Positions 55,805-64,000 of a stretch of DNA of 64,000 bases are shown here, one piece after another. Numbering within the stretch: the first letter of the stretch is position 1; each line of letters opens with the position of its first letter. Made by a program: the position numbers and the translations under genes. This DNA is from Spirosomataceae bacterium (lineage in GTDB: Bacteria > Bacteroidota > Bacteroidia > Cytophagales > Spirosomataceae): the NCBI GenBank assembly GCA_046329195.1, contig JAXLVB010000001.1:2585235-2649234 (forward strand). The letters are read 5' to 3'. A model generated the notes under the pieces. The model saw only the letters and a list, made by a program, of their open reading frames with translations, was not told the origin of the DNA and searched no databases.

Positions 55805-56818
55805 ATGCAACTCATTCTCCACACCTTCGATTTGCCCCTGCGATACACCTTTACCATCACGCATGAATCTCGTGATGTGCAACCCACCCTGATTGTTGAG
55901 CTCAAAGACGGCAACTTAAGCGGCTTTGGCGAAGCAACCGAAACGACATTTTATGGGGTTTCGATGGAGCGAATGAAAGCGCAACTCAATGGTATTCGGC
56001 ATAAAATTGAGTCGTACGACCTACAAAACCCAGAAACTTTTTGGGCTGATGTGTTTCCAGACTTGGCCGATAGTCACCCTTTTGCCTTGTGTGCTTTAGA
56101 CGTAGCTGCTAATGACTTGTGGGCTAAAAAACACGGCAAAAAACTCTACGAAATGTGGGGACTTGACGCCTCGCATAATCCGATTACTGACTATACGATT
56201 GGCATTGATACCATCGAAAAAATGGTAGCCAAAATGAAGGAAATGCCTTTTCCTTTGTATAAAATCAAACTCGGTACCAAAGAAGACATTCGTATTGTAC
56301 AAGAGCTACGCAAACATACCGATGCAGTATTTAGAGTAGATGCTAACACCGCATGGGGCGTAGAAGAAACCATCCGTAATTCAAAAGCACTGAGAGAATT
56401 GGGCGTTGAGTTCATTGAACAACCTATGCACGCCGAAAACTGGGAAGGTATGAAGCAGGTCTATGCCGAGTCGGCTTTGCCACTGATTGCCGACGAAAGT
56501 TGTATTTTAGAAGAAGATGTAGCTCGTTGTTATGGCTTTTTTCATGGTATCAATGTCAAACTCATGAAGTGCGGAGGGCTTACGCCAGCCCGCCGGATGA
56601 TTGCCCACGCTCGTAGGCTGGGTCTGAAAGTCATGGTAGGCTGCATGACCGAGTCCACCATCGGATGTTCGGCCATAGCACATCTGCTACCTCTACTGGA
56701 CTATGTGGATATGGACGGCCCCCTATTAGTCCGTGACGAAATCTCAACAGGCATTCGGATTGATTACGGCAAGGTCATTTATGCCGATGAGCATGGAACG
56801 GGGGCGAGGCTTATTTGA
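55805..56818 (+). CDS. Enolase-superfamily dipeptide epimerase (L-Ala-D/L-Glu epimerase / MLE-like)
   Basis: KIKLG…RVDAN…EQP…DES metal-ligand pattern of the MR/MLE subgroup. Confidence 0.8.
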   Translation: MQLILHTFDLPLRYTFTITHESRDVQPTLIVELKDGNLSGFGEATETTFYGVSMERMKAQLNGIRHKIESYDLQNPETFWADVFPDLADSHPFALCALDVAANDLWAKKHGKKLYEMWGLDASHNPITDYTIGIDTIEKMVAKMKEMPFPLYKIKLGTKEDIRIVQELRKHTDAVFRVDANTAWGVEETIRNSKALRELGVEFIEQPMHAENWEGMKQVYAESALPLIADESCILEEDVARCYGFFHGINVKLMKCGGLTPARRMIAHARRLGLKVMVGCMTESTIGCSAIAHLLPLLDYVDMDGPLLVRDEISTGIRIDYGKVIYADEHGTGARLI

Positions 56819-56853
56819 AAAAGGAGGCAGTGATACACACTGCCTCTTTTTTG
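56819..56853. terminator. Bidirectional intrinsic terminator GAGGCAGTG-ATACA-CACTGCCTC-T6
   Basis: 9-bp perfect stem, a U-tract on the + strand and an A-run upstream. Confidence 0.8.
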
Positions 56854-56861
56854 TGGTGCTC

Positions 56862-57881
56862 TTATGGAATAAAACTAGACCGAGGTCCTCCTGGAGCAAA
56901 CAAAGCTCTTGAGCGATTCATTTGCCCTGTCGTAAACATAAACATACAGGCATCGTCGGTGTAATCCATATAATTCATAAACAAGTCACCTTTAGGACCG
57001 TTGCCACAAGTTATTCTTGGATATCCAGGACAGCCAAAGTTAGGTCCAGCTGCATTAGGAGTATCAGCTACAAGGTCTGTACCCCAACAGTTATTGCCAT
57101 CATCTCCCCAAATGTGGTATAAATTAAGCCAGTGACCAATCTCGTGAGTGGCGGTGCGCCCTTTATCAAATGGAGGTGATAAAAAGCCTACTCGCCCAAA
57201 GAAATTAGGGCCAATAACAATACCATCTGTGGCTGGGTCACCACCTGGAAATTGTGCATAACCCAAGGTATAAGGGTCAATATTTCCAATCCAGATATTA
57301 AGATACTTAGCGGGATTTATAGGGTTTATACCACCTTTGGCAGTTTTCTTAATGGCATCATTGAAACCCCAATAGCTTTTATTGGTTTGTTTACGCACCA
57401 CCCCGGCTAATGCAAACCGAATATTCATCTTGCCAATCAGAGCTTTGAACCCACTCGGGATGTTTTTCAAGTCAGCGTTAGTATTGCCAAAGTCTTCATT
57501 TAAAACATCAATCTGTGACTGAATCTGAGCCATGCTGATGTTTTCTTGCGCAGTTTTCCAAAGTACGTTTACAACAACTGGAATGGTGATTGTAAAACCG
57601 TTTGGTATTGTTGGCGTTACCCCAATTTGATTTGATATTACCTGATTAGTAAAAGATTCTATTTTACTCATGCGGTTTTTCATATCTGGGTCTTCGGCAA
57701 GCTGGGTGTTCAGCACATCCATCGTTGCACAAGAGCGCAGCATTCCAAATGGAACAGCTTCGCCGTCGGTACGAGCTGCAGAGGTAGCAGCTTTCTCCAT
57801 TTCGGAGACAGGCGAGTCGGAACACGAGCCGCCCACATAAAGTAGAGCGAGCAATGTAATTAAGGTTGTAAGTTTTTTCAT
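56862..57881 (-). CDS. Secreted M43 (pappalysin/ulilysin-like) zinc metalloprotease, paralog A
   Basis: Signal peptide and extended zinc site HEIGHWLNLYHIWGDDG (HExxHxxxxxH). Confidence 0.8.
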   Translation of the reverse strand: MKKLTTLITLLALLYVGGSCSDSPVSEMEKAATSAARTDGEAVPFGMLRSCATMDVLNTQLAEDPDMKNRMSKIESFTNQVISNQIGVTPTIPNGFTITIPVVVNVLWKTAQENISMAQIQSQIDVLNEDFGNTNADLKNIPSGFKALIGKMNIRFALAGVVRKQTNKSYWGFNDAIKKTAKGGINPINPAKYLNIWIGNIDPYTLGYAQFPGGDPATDGIVIGPNFFGRVGFLSPPFDKGRTATHEIGHWLNLYHIWGDDGNNCWGTDLVADTPNAAGPNFGCPGYPRITCGNGPKGDLFMNYMDYTDDACMFMFTTGQMNRSRALFAPGGPRSSFIP

Positions 57882-58020
57882 AATGATTTAGAAATGGATG
57901 GAAAATAGGACAAAATGCTTCTAAATTTAGACTTTTTACTTATATAATCCTAACTATAAAATAATGTTTTTTTATAAAATACTGCATGATAATAAGTAAA
58001 TTAGTAATTCTAACAAATAG

Positions 58021-58055
58021 AAAAAGGAATGATGGAGTGCTAACTCTATCATTCC
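58021..58055 (-). terminator. Hairpin GGAATGATGGAG…CTCTATCATTCC followed by CTTTTT on the minus strand. Terminator of metalloprotease paralog B.
   Basis: 12-bp arms with one mismatch, plus a short U-tract. Confidence 0.45.
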
Positions 58056-58078
58056 TTTCGAATGGATATTAGATGAAC

Positions 58079-59080
58079 TTATTGAACGAAACTGGCTCTT
58101 GGTCCACCTGTTGCAAAAATGGCTCTCGAACGGGTCACTTGTCCTGCTGTAAACATATACATACAGGCATCATCGGTGTAGTCCATAAAGTTCATCCACA
58201 AATCGCCATTAGGACCATTACTACACGATAGTTTCGGAAAGCTCGGACAGCCATAATTTGGACCTGCTGCATTGGGGGTATCACTAACTAAGTCACTACC
58301 TGTACATTTGGTGCCGTCGTCACCCCAAATATGACGTAAGTTTAACCAATGACCTACTTCGTGCGAAGCGGTGCGCCCTTTATCAAAAGGTGCTGATACA
58401 TAGCCAGTTCGCCCAAAGTAATTAGGCCCAATTACTACACCATCTGTTGCCGCCTTGCCTCCTGGGAATTGAGCATATCCCAATATACCTCCACCGATAT
58501 TCCCAACCCACATATTAAGTTTTTTGGTAGGATCGGTAGGATTAAGTCCTCCTTTGTTTGTTTTCTTAATGTCATCATTCGTCCCCCATGATGTTTTGGT
58601 AGTTTGTTTTCGATATACAGCTGATAACACAAATTTAACATTCATCTTACCAATCAAGGGTTTAAATGCAGTAGGTGTTTTGGTCAAATCAGTATTGGTA
58701 TTACTGTAGTCTTCGTTCAAAACATCAATTTGTGACTGTATTTGCGCATCACTAATATTTTCTTGTGTAGTATTCCAAAGAACATTTACTACTACTGGAA
58801 TAGTGATAATGTCGTTAGGACCTAGAGCTGAAGTGCCTACTTTACTTGCTATAATCCGGTTAGTATGGACTTCAACTTCATCCATTTGGGCTTTCAAATT
58901 TGGATTATCTGCCAGTTGTTGTGCTAAAACATCCATAGAAGCACATGCTCGGAGCGTACCAAATGCCCTAGCTGCTGAATGTTCAACGGAGTTTTCGGCT
59001 TCGGTCATGGGAGATTCTGAACAAGAAACCCCTACATACATGAGGGCTAAAAAGCCCATTAAAAGGATGGTTTTTTTCAT
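58079..59080 (-). CDS. Secreted M43 zinc metalloprotease, paralog B (start placed at MKKTILLMGF…)
   Basis: HEVGHWLNLRHIWGDDG. It is about 60% identical in the alignable core to paralog A, with conserved blocks such as IPVVVNVLW and GYAQFPGG. Confidence 0.8.
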   Translation of the reverse strand: MKKTILLMGFLALMYVGVSCSESPMTEAENSVEHSAARAFGTLRACASMDVLAQQLADNPNLKAQMDEVEVHTNRIIASKVGTSALGPNDIITIPVVVNVLWNTTQENISDAQIQSQIDVLNEDYSNTNTDLTKTPTAFKPLIGKMNVKFVLSAVYRKQTTKTSWGTNDDIKKTNKGGLNPTDPTKKLNMWVGNIGGGILGYAQFPGGKAATDGVVIGPNYFGRTGYVSAPFDKGRTASHEVGHWLNLRHIWGDDGTKCTGSDLVSDTPNAAGPNYGCPSFPKLSCSNGPNGDLWMNFMDYTDDACMYMFTAGQVTRSRAIFATGGPRASFVQ

Positions 59081-59282
59081 AAAATGTGTTGTTGTAAGTT
59101 TGAAAATTGAATGTGAAGCCAAGATAGGCATTGTTTCATGATAAATAATTAGCTTCAAAAAAGAATTTATCAATCGGTAAGGGGTTAGAGAGAGGGCAGA
59201 CCGGGTGTAAAAATAAGTCAAAACACGTATCCCCAACGGTTTTTGCGTAAATTGCAGCCCTTATTTACTGTATTGTACAACA

Positions 59283-61328
59283 ATGAGCCATCCAAAAGAA
59301 ATCAAAAGATATACCGTTACGGCTGCCCTAATCTATGCCAATGGCCCTATTCACATTGGCCATTTGGCAGGTTGTTATATTCCGGCGGATATTTATGTGC
59401 GTTATTTACGAGCTAAAGGAGCCGATGTGAAGTTTATTTCGGGTACCGACGAACACGGCGTGCCCATCACCATTCGTGCCCAGAAAGAAGGTACTACACC
59501 TCAACAAGTAGTGGACAAATACTATGCTCAAATCAAAAAATCGTTCGAAGATTTTGGAATTAGTTTCGACACCTATTCCCGCACCAGCAAACCAGTTCAC
59601 CACGAGGTTTCGCAAGACATGTTCTTGAATTTGTATCACAAAGGCCAGTTTGTAGAAGAAGTAACGGAGCAGTATTACGACGAAAAAGCGCAGCAATTTT
59701 TAGCCGACCGCTACATCGTAGGTACATGCCCAGTCTGCGGCAACGAAAATGCCTATGGTGATCAATGCGAGCGTTGCGGTAGTACACTCAGCCCTACCGA
59801 ATTGAAAAACCCTCGTTCGATGCTAAGTGGCGAGCCTCCTGTGATGAAAGCCACTAAAAACTGGTACTTACCACTCGACAAAATGCAACCCGAATTGGAG
59901 GCATACGTTAACTCGCACCCCGAATGGAAAACCAATGTGATGGGTCAAGTTAAATCTTGGCTTAACGACGGTCTCAAGCCTCGTGCCATGACCCGTGACC
60001 TTGATTGGGGTATTAAAGTGCCCCTACCCGATGCCGAAGGCAAAGTCTTGTATGTGTGGTTTGATGCCCCTATTGGTTACATTACGTTTACCAAAGAACT
60101 CGTTGGCGAGGGTTGGGAGCGCTACTGGCAAGGTGATGACACCAAGCTTGTGCATTTTATTGGTAAAGACAACATCGTATTCCACTGCCTGATTTTTCCG
60201 GCCATGCTCATGGCCGACGGTCGCTACAAATGGGCGGATAACGTGCCTGCCAACGAGTTTATGAATCTGGAAGGTGACAAAATCTCAACCTCACGTAACT
60301 GGGCCGTGTGGCTGCATGAATATTTGGAAGAATTTCCAGGCAAGCAAGACGTACTGCGCTATGCCCTGACTGCCGCCGCCCCCGAAACCAAAGATAGTGA
60401 CTTCACTTGGGGCGATTTTCAGGCTCGTAACAACAACGAACTGGTGGCGATTTTGGGTAACTTAGTCAATCGGGCTGTGATTCTTACGGAGAAAAACTTC
60501 GATTCTAAGGTTCCGGCTAAAGGTCAACTTACAGCCATAGAACAAGAAACCCTAGCCGCCTTGGCCGAAATGCCTGCCAAAATAGGCGAAGCAGTCGAAA
60601 ACTACCGCTTCAGAGAAGGGCTTGGATTGTTGATGGATGTGGCTCGTCTTGGTAATAAGTATTTGACCGATACGGAACCTTGGAAAGCCATTAAGACTGA
60701 CCCTGCCCGTGCTGCTACTATTCTGAATACTACGCTTCAAATCGCAGCTAACTTGAGTATTTTGTGTGAACCGTTTCTACCCTTCACTGCCCAAAAAATC
60801 CGAGACATTCTTCACCTCGAAAAAGGGTTGCTGTGGGCAGATGCTGGAACGTTCGACTTATTAGACGCTGGTCAACCTGTTGAAAACAAAGGACTTCTGT
60901 TTGAGAAAATGGAAAACGAAGTCATACAAAAACAAATAGACAAATTACACGAATCGAAACGAATGAATGAGTTAGCTACCAAGCCGGTAACGCCTGCTAA
61001 AGAAGTAATTCAATACGATGATTTTGCCAAAATGGATATTCGGATTGCGACTATTAAGGCAGCAGAACTGGTACCCAAAAGTAAAAAATTACTCAAACTT
61101 ACCCTCGATACAGGCTTGGATACTCGCACGGTACTGAGTGGGATAGCCGAACATTATTCGCCCGAAGAGGTGGTTGGCAAGCAAGTCTGTTTGTTGGCCA
61201 ACTTGGCCCCTCGCAAAATGATGGGTATGGAAAGCCAAGGCATGATTCTAATGGCCGAAGATCGTGACGGCAAATTAGCTTTTGTTCAACCTTCGTTTGG
61301 AGTTTGGAACGGCGGAACGGTTAGTTAG
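59283..61328 (+). CDS. metG: Methionine--tRNA ligase with C-terminal tRNA-binding (EMAP/Trbp111-like) domain
   Basis: HIGH motif (PIHIGHLAG), zinc knuckle CPVCGN…CERCG, KMSKS-like (KISTS), and a C-terminal tRNA-binding domain. Confidence 0.95.
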   Translation: MSHPKEIKRYTVTAALIYANGPIHIGHLAGCYIPADIYVRYLRAKGADVKFISGTDEHGVPITIRAQKEGTTPQQVVDKYYAQIKKSFEDFGISFDTYSRTSKPVHHEVSQDMFLNLYHKGQFVEEVTEQYYDEKAQQFLADRYIVGTCPVCGNENAYGDQCERCGSTLSPTELKNPRSMLSGEPPVMKATKNWYLPLDKMQPELEAYVNSHPEWKTNVMGQVKSWLNDGLKPRAMTRDLDWGIKVPLPDAEGKVLYVWFDAPIGYITFTKELVGEGWERYWQGDDTKLVHFIGKDNIVFHCLIFPAMLMADGRYKWADNVPANEFMNLEGDKISTSRNWAVWLHEYLEEFPGKQDVLRYALTAAAPETKDSDFTWGDFQARNNNELVAILGNLVNRAVILTEKNFDSKVPAKGQLTAIEQETLAALAEMPAKIGEAVENYRFREGLGLLMDVARLGNKYLTDTEPWKAIKTDPARAATILNTTLQIAANLSILCEPFLPFTAQKIRDILHLEKGLLWADAGTFDLLDAGQPVENKGLLFEKMENEVIQKQIDKLHESKRMNELATKPVTPAKEVIQYDDFAKMDIRIATIKAAELVPKSKKLLKLTLDTGLDTRTVLSGIAEHYSPEEVVGKQVCLLANLAPRKMMGMESQGMILMAEDRDGKLAFVQPSFGVWNGGTVS

Positions 61329-61374
61329 TAGTTGCGGTGAGTCACTGCGCAAAGAAAATTATTACTTGTGTTAC

Positions 61375-61415
61375 AAACCCATAAGGCTTCGCCAACCTTG
61401 TGGGTTTTCTTTTGG
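61375..61415 (+). terminator. Terminator after metG (AAACCCATAAGG…CCTTGTGGGTTT-TCTTTT)
   Basis: 12-bp arms with one mismatch, plus a T-rich tract. Confidence 0.55.
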
Positions 61416-61424
61416 AGTAGGCAC

Positions 61425-61458
61425 AAAAAAATAAGGCTGGAACATCATTCCAACCTTA
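61425..61458 (-). terminator. Terminator for the convergent minus-strand gene (AAGGTTGGAA…TTCCAGCCTT followed by T7 on the minus strand)
   Basis: 10-bp arms with one mismatch; A7 on the + strand equals a U-tract on the minus strand. Confidence 0.55.
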
Positions 61459-61514
61459 TCCCACTTAACCTCTAAACCTATTTAAACTATGAAAAAACGC
61501 TATTAATGAAGCTT

Positions 61515-61985
61515 TTACAAAGATGGCACCAGTGTGGTCACCTCAATGCTTTCTAACTCAACACTTGGCGTGGCAAAATTGTTCACGTCAATTGCCCATA
61601 AAAAGTTAATGGTTCTTGCTGTAAAATTGAGGTTTTGTTTCCAAGCCTCAGCTTCTTCGCCACCAATTTTGCTTAACTTTTCGTTTAGCTTAAGTACTGC
61701 AAGTTTGAACTGATTCCTTTGGTTGGCGTCTAATTTCAAAATTGCTGTGGGCTTTTGATTATATAACGTAACAACTGCTAAAAAGTCACTCCATTCTGTC
61801 TTTTTTGTGAAGCGCTTTGCATTGTTGAGCATATAAGCTTCAAAATCTTTTTCGGTGCCTTTGGCTAACAACTTCACTGAACTAACTTTCTTAAAAGTGG
61901 TATTGCTATAAGAAGTAGAACCGCTGGCAAACGCAGTGCTTGATACTACCATCAAACACACTGCAAATTTAAAGAACTTTTCCAT
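61515..61985 (-). CDS. Secreted hypothetical protein (156 aa, signal peptide MEKFFKFAVCLMVVSSTAFASG)
   Basis: ORF with an internal Met start and signal peptide. Confidence 0.5.
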   Translation of the reverse strand: MEKFFKFAVCLMVVSSTAFASGSTSYSNTTFKKVSSVKLLAKGTEKDFEAYMLNNAKRFTKKTEWSDFLAVVTLYNQKPTAILKLDANQRNQFKLAVLKLNEKLSKIGGEEAEAWKQNLNFTARTINFLWAIDVNNFATPSVELESIEVTTLVPSL

Positions 61986-62224
61986 GATATTTACAATTTT
62001 TTTGTCCGATTGACGCTGCAAATATCACGGAATAATTCTAATTTGTCAAGTTTACACTTATCCAGAATTTAAAATATTATTCTAATCACATTCCCTAAAT
62101 TAACATATTTCACAAATTATATATTGCGAATATATTAAAAATTAAACATATATTTGGTTTAATATAAATTACTATAGGTAAAATTTCAAATTTGAAAAAT
62201 CTTAAAATTCTTTAAAAAGTACAA

Positions 62225-62785
62225 TCATTCGTTAAAATTATTCATGGTTTGCTGTGGCCCCAAAGTGCAAAAACTGAGTACAATTTCGCCAGCCCGGTCC
62301 AATCGGGCCGGTAGTTCGTCAAATTCTGCCCCTTCAAAGTTTCCCAAAACGAATTCTACCTGACGCCCTTTTCCGAAATCATTGCCTACTCCAAACCGTA
62401 GTCGGGTATATTCTTGGCTACCAAGTACTTCCTCAATATTACGCAAGCCGTTGTGCCCACCGTGCGAGCCTTTGGTTTTCATGCGTAGCTTCCCGTACGG
62501 CAGGGCAATGTCGTCGGTGATTACCAACACGTTTTCAATGGGAATTTTGAGTTCCTTCATCCAGTAATTGAGCGCCTTCCCACTCAAATTCATATAAGTA
62601 GTAGGCTTAATTAGATACAACGAGCGCCCTTTGTACTTGAGTTCGGCACCATAAGCCAGGCGGCCGATGTCAAACTTCAGGCCATGATTAGCCGCTAGGC
62701 GGTCAAGTACCATAAACCCTACGTTATGACGAGTTAGCAAATACTCTGGCCCAATGTTTCCTAATCCAACAATCAAATATTTCAT
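62225..62785 (-). CDS. pth: Peptidyl-tRNA hydrolase
   Basis: [15 protein letters not shown]…RHNVGF, plus the HGGHNGL motif. Confidence 0.9.
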   Translation of the reverse strand: MKYLIVGLGNIGPEYLLTRHNVGFMVLDRLAANHGLKFDIGRLAYGAELKYKGRSLYLIKPTTYMNLSGKALNYWMKELKIPIENVLVITDDIALPYGKLRMKTKGSHGGHNGLRNIEEVLGSQEYTRLRFGVGNDFGKGRQVEFVLGNFEGAEFDELPARLDRAGEIVLSFCTLGPQQTMNNFNE

Positions 62786-62874
62786 AGCACGGTTACTTCA
62801 AATTGATGAAAGCGCAAAAATAATACCGCTTTTGCTGATAACTGATACGTAATTACTGATAACTTTGCAGTGCT

Positions 62875-63411
62875 ATGCAGCGTCGTCTTATTCTTGCCAG
62901 CCCGTTGTTAGAGATTGTGATCAGTCGGTTGTGTCAGCAACTGATTGAAAATCACCAAGATTTTGCTGAATCCGTCATCTTAGGATTGCAGCCTCGGGGT
63001 ATTTTTTTAGCCGAACGGATTCACAAGCAGCTTGTTGCCGAAACGGGCATTCAGATTCCATTTGGGTATTTAGATGCCACGTTTTATCGTGACGATTTTC
63101 GTCGCCGGGAATCGCCCCTCCAGCCCAATGCTACTCGGATTCCATTTATTATCGAGAAAAAAAGGGTCATCTTGATTGATGATGTGCTGGCTACTGCCCG
63201 GATGGTGCGAGCTGCGCTAGATGCGATGTCGGCTTTTGGCCGCCCCGAAAGCGTAGAGCTCTGTGTGCTCATTGACCGTCAGTATAACCGTGATTTGCCC
63301 ATTCAGCCTAACTATGTAGGAAAACGGGTAAATACTTTAGATACACAAAAAGTATTGGTAGAGTGGAAAGAACAAGGCCATGATGCCGACCAAATTTGGT
63401 TAATGGATTAG
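62875..63411 (+). CDS. pyrR: Bifunctional pyrimidine operon regulatory protein / uracil phosphoribosyltransferase PyrR
   Basis: PRTase motif VILIDDVLATARM and PyrR length; immediately upstream of pyrB. Confidence 0.9.
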   Translation: MQRRLILASPLLEIVISRLCQQLIENHQDFAESVILGLQPRGIFLAERIHKQLVAETGIQIPFGYLDATFYRDDFRRRESPLQPNATRIPFIIEKKRVILIDDVLATARMVRAALDAMSAFGRPESVELCVLIDRQYNRDLPIQPNYVGKRVNTLDTQKVLVEWKEQGHDADQIWLMD

Positions 63412-63413
63412 TT

Positions 63414-63441
63414 ATACGGGCCTGTAGCCCGTATTTTTTTG
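63414..63441 (+). terminator. Hairpin ATACGGGC-CTGTA-GCCCGTAT followed by T7 between pyrR and pyrB. An intrinsic terminator and possible PyrR-controlled attenuator.
   Basis: 8-bp stem with U-tract, 3 bp after the pyrR stop. Confidence 0.65.
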
Positions 63442-63480
63442 TAATGATGTGAACGCTAGGTTTCTATAAGGATGCTCAAC

Positions 63481-63545
63481 GCAACAACTTTTGCACTCTC
63501 CACTTTAACCTTTACACTTTAACCTTTACACTTTTAACCCTTACA
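63481..63545 (-). repeat. G-free tract on the + strand (CACTCTCCACTTTAACCTTTACACTTTAACCTTTACACTTTTAACCCTTACACTT). It is the reverse-complement relative of the C-free GTGTAAAG/GTGGAGAG repeat at 28805–28975.
   Basis: Direct reading; shared GTGTAAAG and GTGGAGAG units. Confidence 0.6.
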
Positions 63546-63556
63546 CTTATTATAAA

Positions 63557-64000
63557 ATGTCGTTGTCAGTCAGACATTTACTGGGAATCAAAGATCTTAC
63601 AGAGCGAGATATTCAACTCATTTTTCAGACAGCAGATGAGTTCAAAGAAGTTCTGAATCGGCCTATTAAAAAAGTGCCTTCGTTGCGAGACATCACCATC
63701 GCCAATGTATTTTTTGAGAATTCGACCCGAACTCGCTTGTCGTTTGAGCTAGCTGAGAAGCGACTTTCGGCGGATGTAGTGAACTTTTCGTCGTCGAGTA
63801 GTTCGGTCAAAAAGGGAGAAACCTTGCTCGATACCGTCAACAACATTTTGGCCATGAAGGTGGACATGATTGTGATGCGGCACAGCAGTCCTGGCGCTCC
63901 TCATTATTTGGCAAAACGTACTCAAACACAGGTGGTTAATGCTGGAGACGGCACACATGAGCACCCTACGCAGGCGCTGTTAGATTCATTTTCGATTCGG
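63557..64000 (+). CDS. pyrB: Aspartate carbamoyltransferase catalytic subunit, N-terminal part (truncated by the window end)
   Basis: The translation from ATG 63557 reads [23 protein letters not shown]…[19 protein letters not shown]…[15 protein letters not shown] and HPTQ are ATCase hallmarks. Confidence 0.85.
   Translation, partial: MSLSVRHLLGIKDLTERDIQLIFQTADEFKEVLNRPIKKVPSLRDITIANVFFENSTRTRLSFELAEKRLSADVVNFSSSSSSVKKGETLLDTVNNILAMKVDMIVMRHSSPGAPHYLAKRTQTQVVNAGDGTHEHPTQALLDSFSIR

Overview
This 64 kb window is chromosomal DNA that looks like a Bacteroidota (Cytophagia/Sphingobacteriia-type) genome. Three lines of evidence support that: T9SS C-terminal sorting domains, ECF sigma/anti-sigma pairs, and many SusD-free surface proteins; this is an inference from gene content, no search was run. 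Most of the window is core and auxiliary metabolism. It includes a serB–serA fusion with serC, two Gfo/Idh/MocA oxidoreductases, and a eukaryote-like set of unsaturated-fatty-acid β-oxidation auxiliary enzymes. It also carries NAD-type IDH, GMC and DAO oxidoreductases, metG, pth, and pyrR–pyrB. Three regions stand out. (1) About 19.0–24.0 kb is a strongly AT-rich island. It contains a degenerate IS element with intact 13-bp inverted repeats, and a two-gene module: a PRTase-motif protein followed by a NADAR (YbiA-like ADP-ribose/N-glycosidase) protein. I read that module as a candidate undescribed toxin–antitoxin or defense pair. (2) About 33–51 kb is a single-strand, tightly packed cell-surface operon. 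It encodes a TPR histidine kinase with a LuxR-type regulator, a 571-aa outer-membrane β-barrel, a 1990-aa secreted giant protein, and FN3 proteins, one of which has ~13 near-identical tandem FN3 repeats and a T9SS sorting domain, followed by a translationally coupled lipoprotein. (3) An 18-bp perfect palindrome, CCAAACGAACGTTTGGTA, sits at the TetR gene promoter. The identical sequence abuts the start codon of a distant α/β-hydrolase–DinB operon, which predicts a small TetR regulon. I also saw a C-free purine-only repeat family (GTGTAAAG/GTGGAGAG units), several clear bidirectional intrinsic terminators, and a candidate pyrR attenuator hairpin. No rRNA, tRNA or CRISPR was detected.
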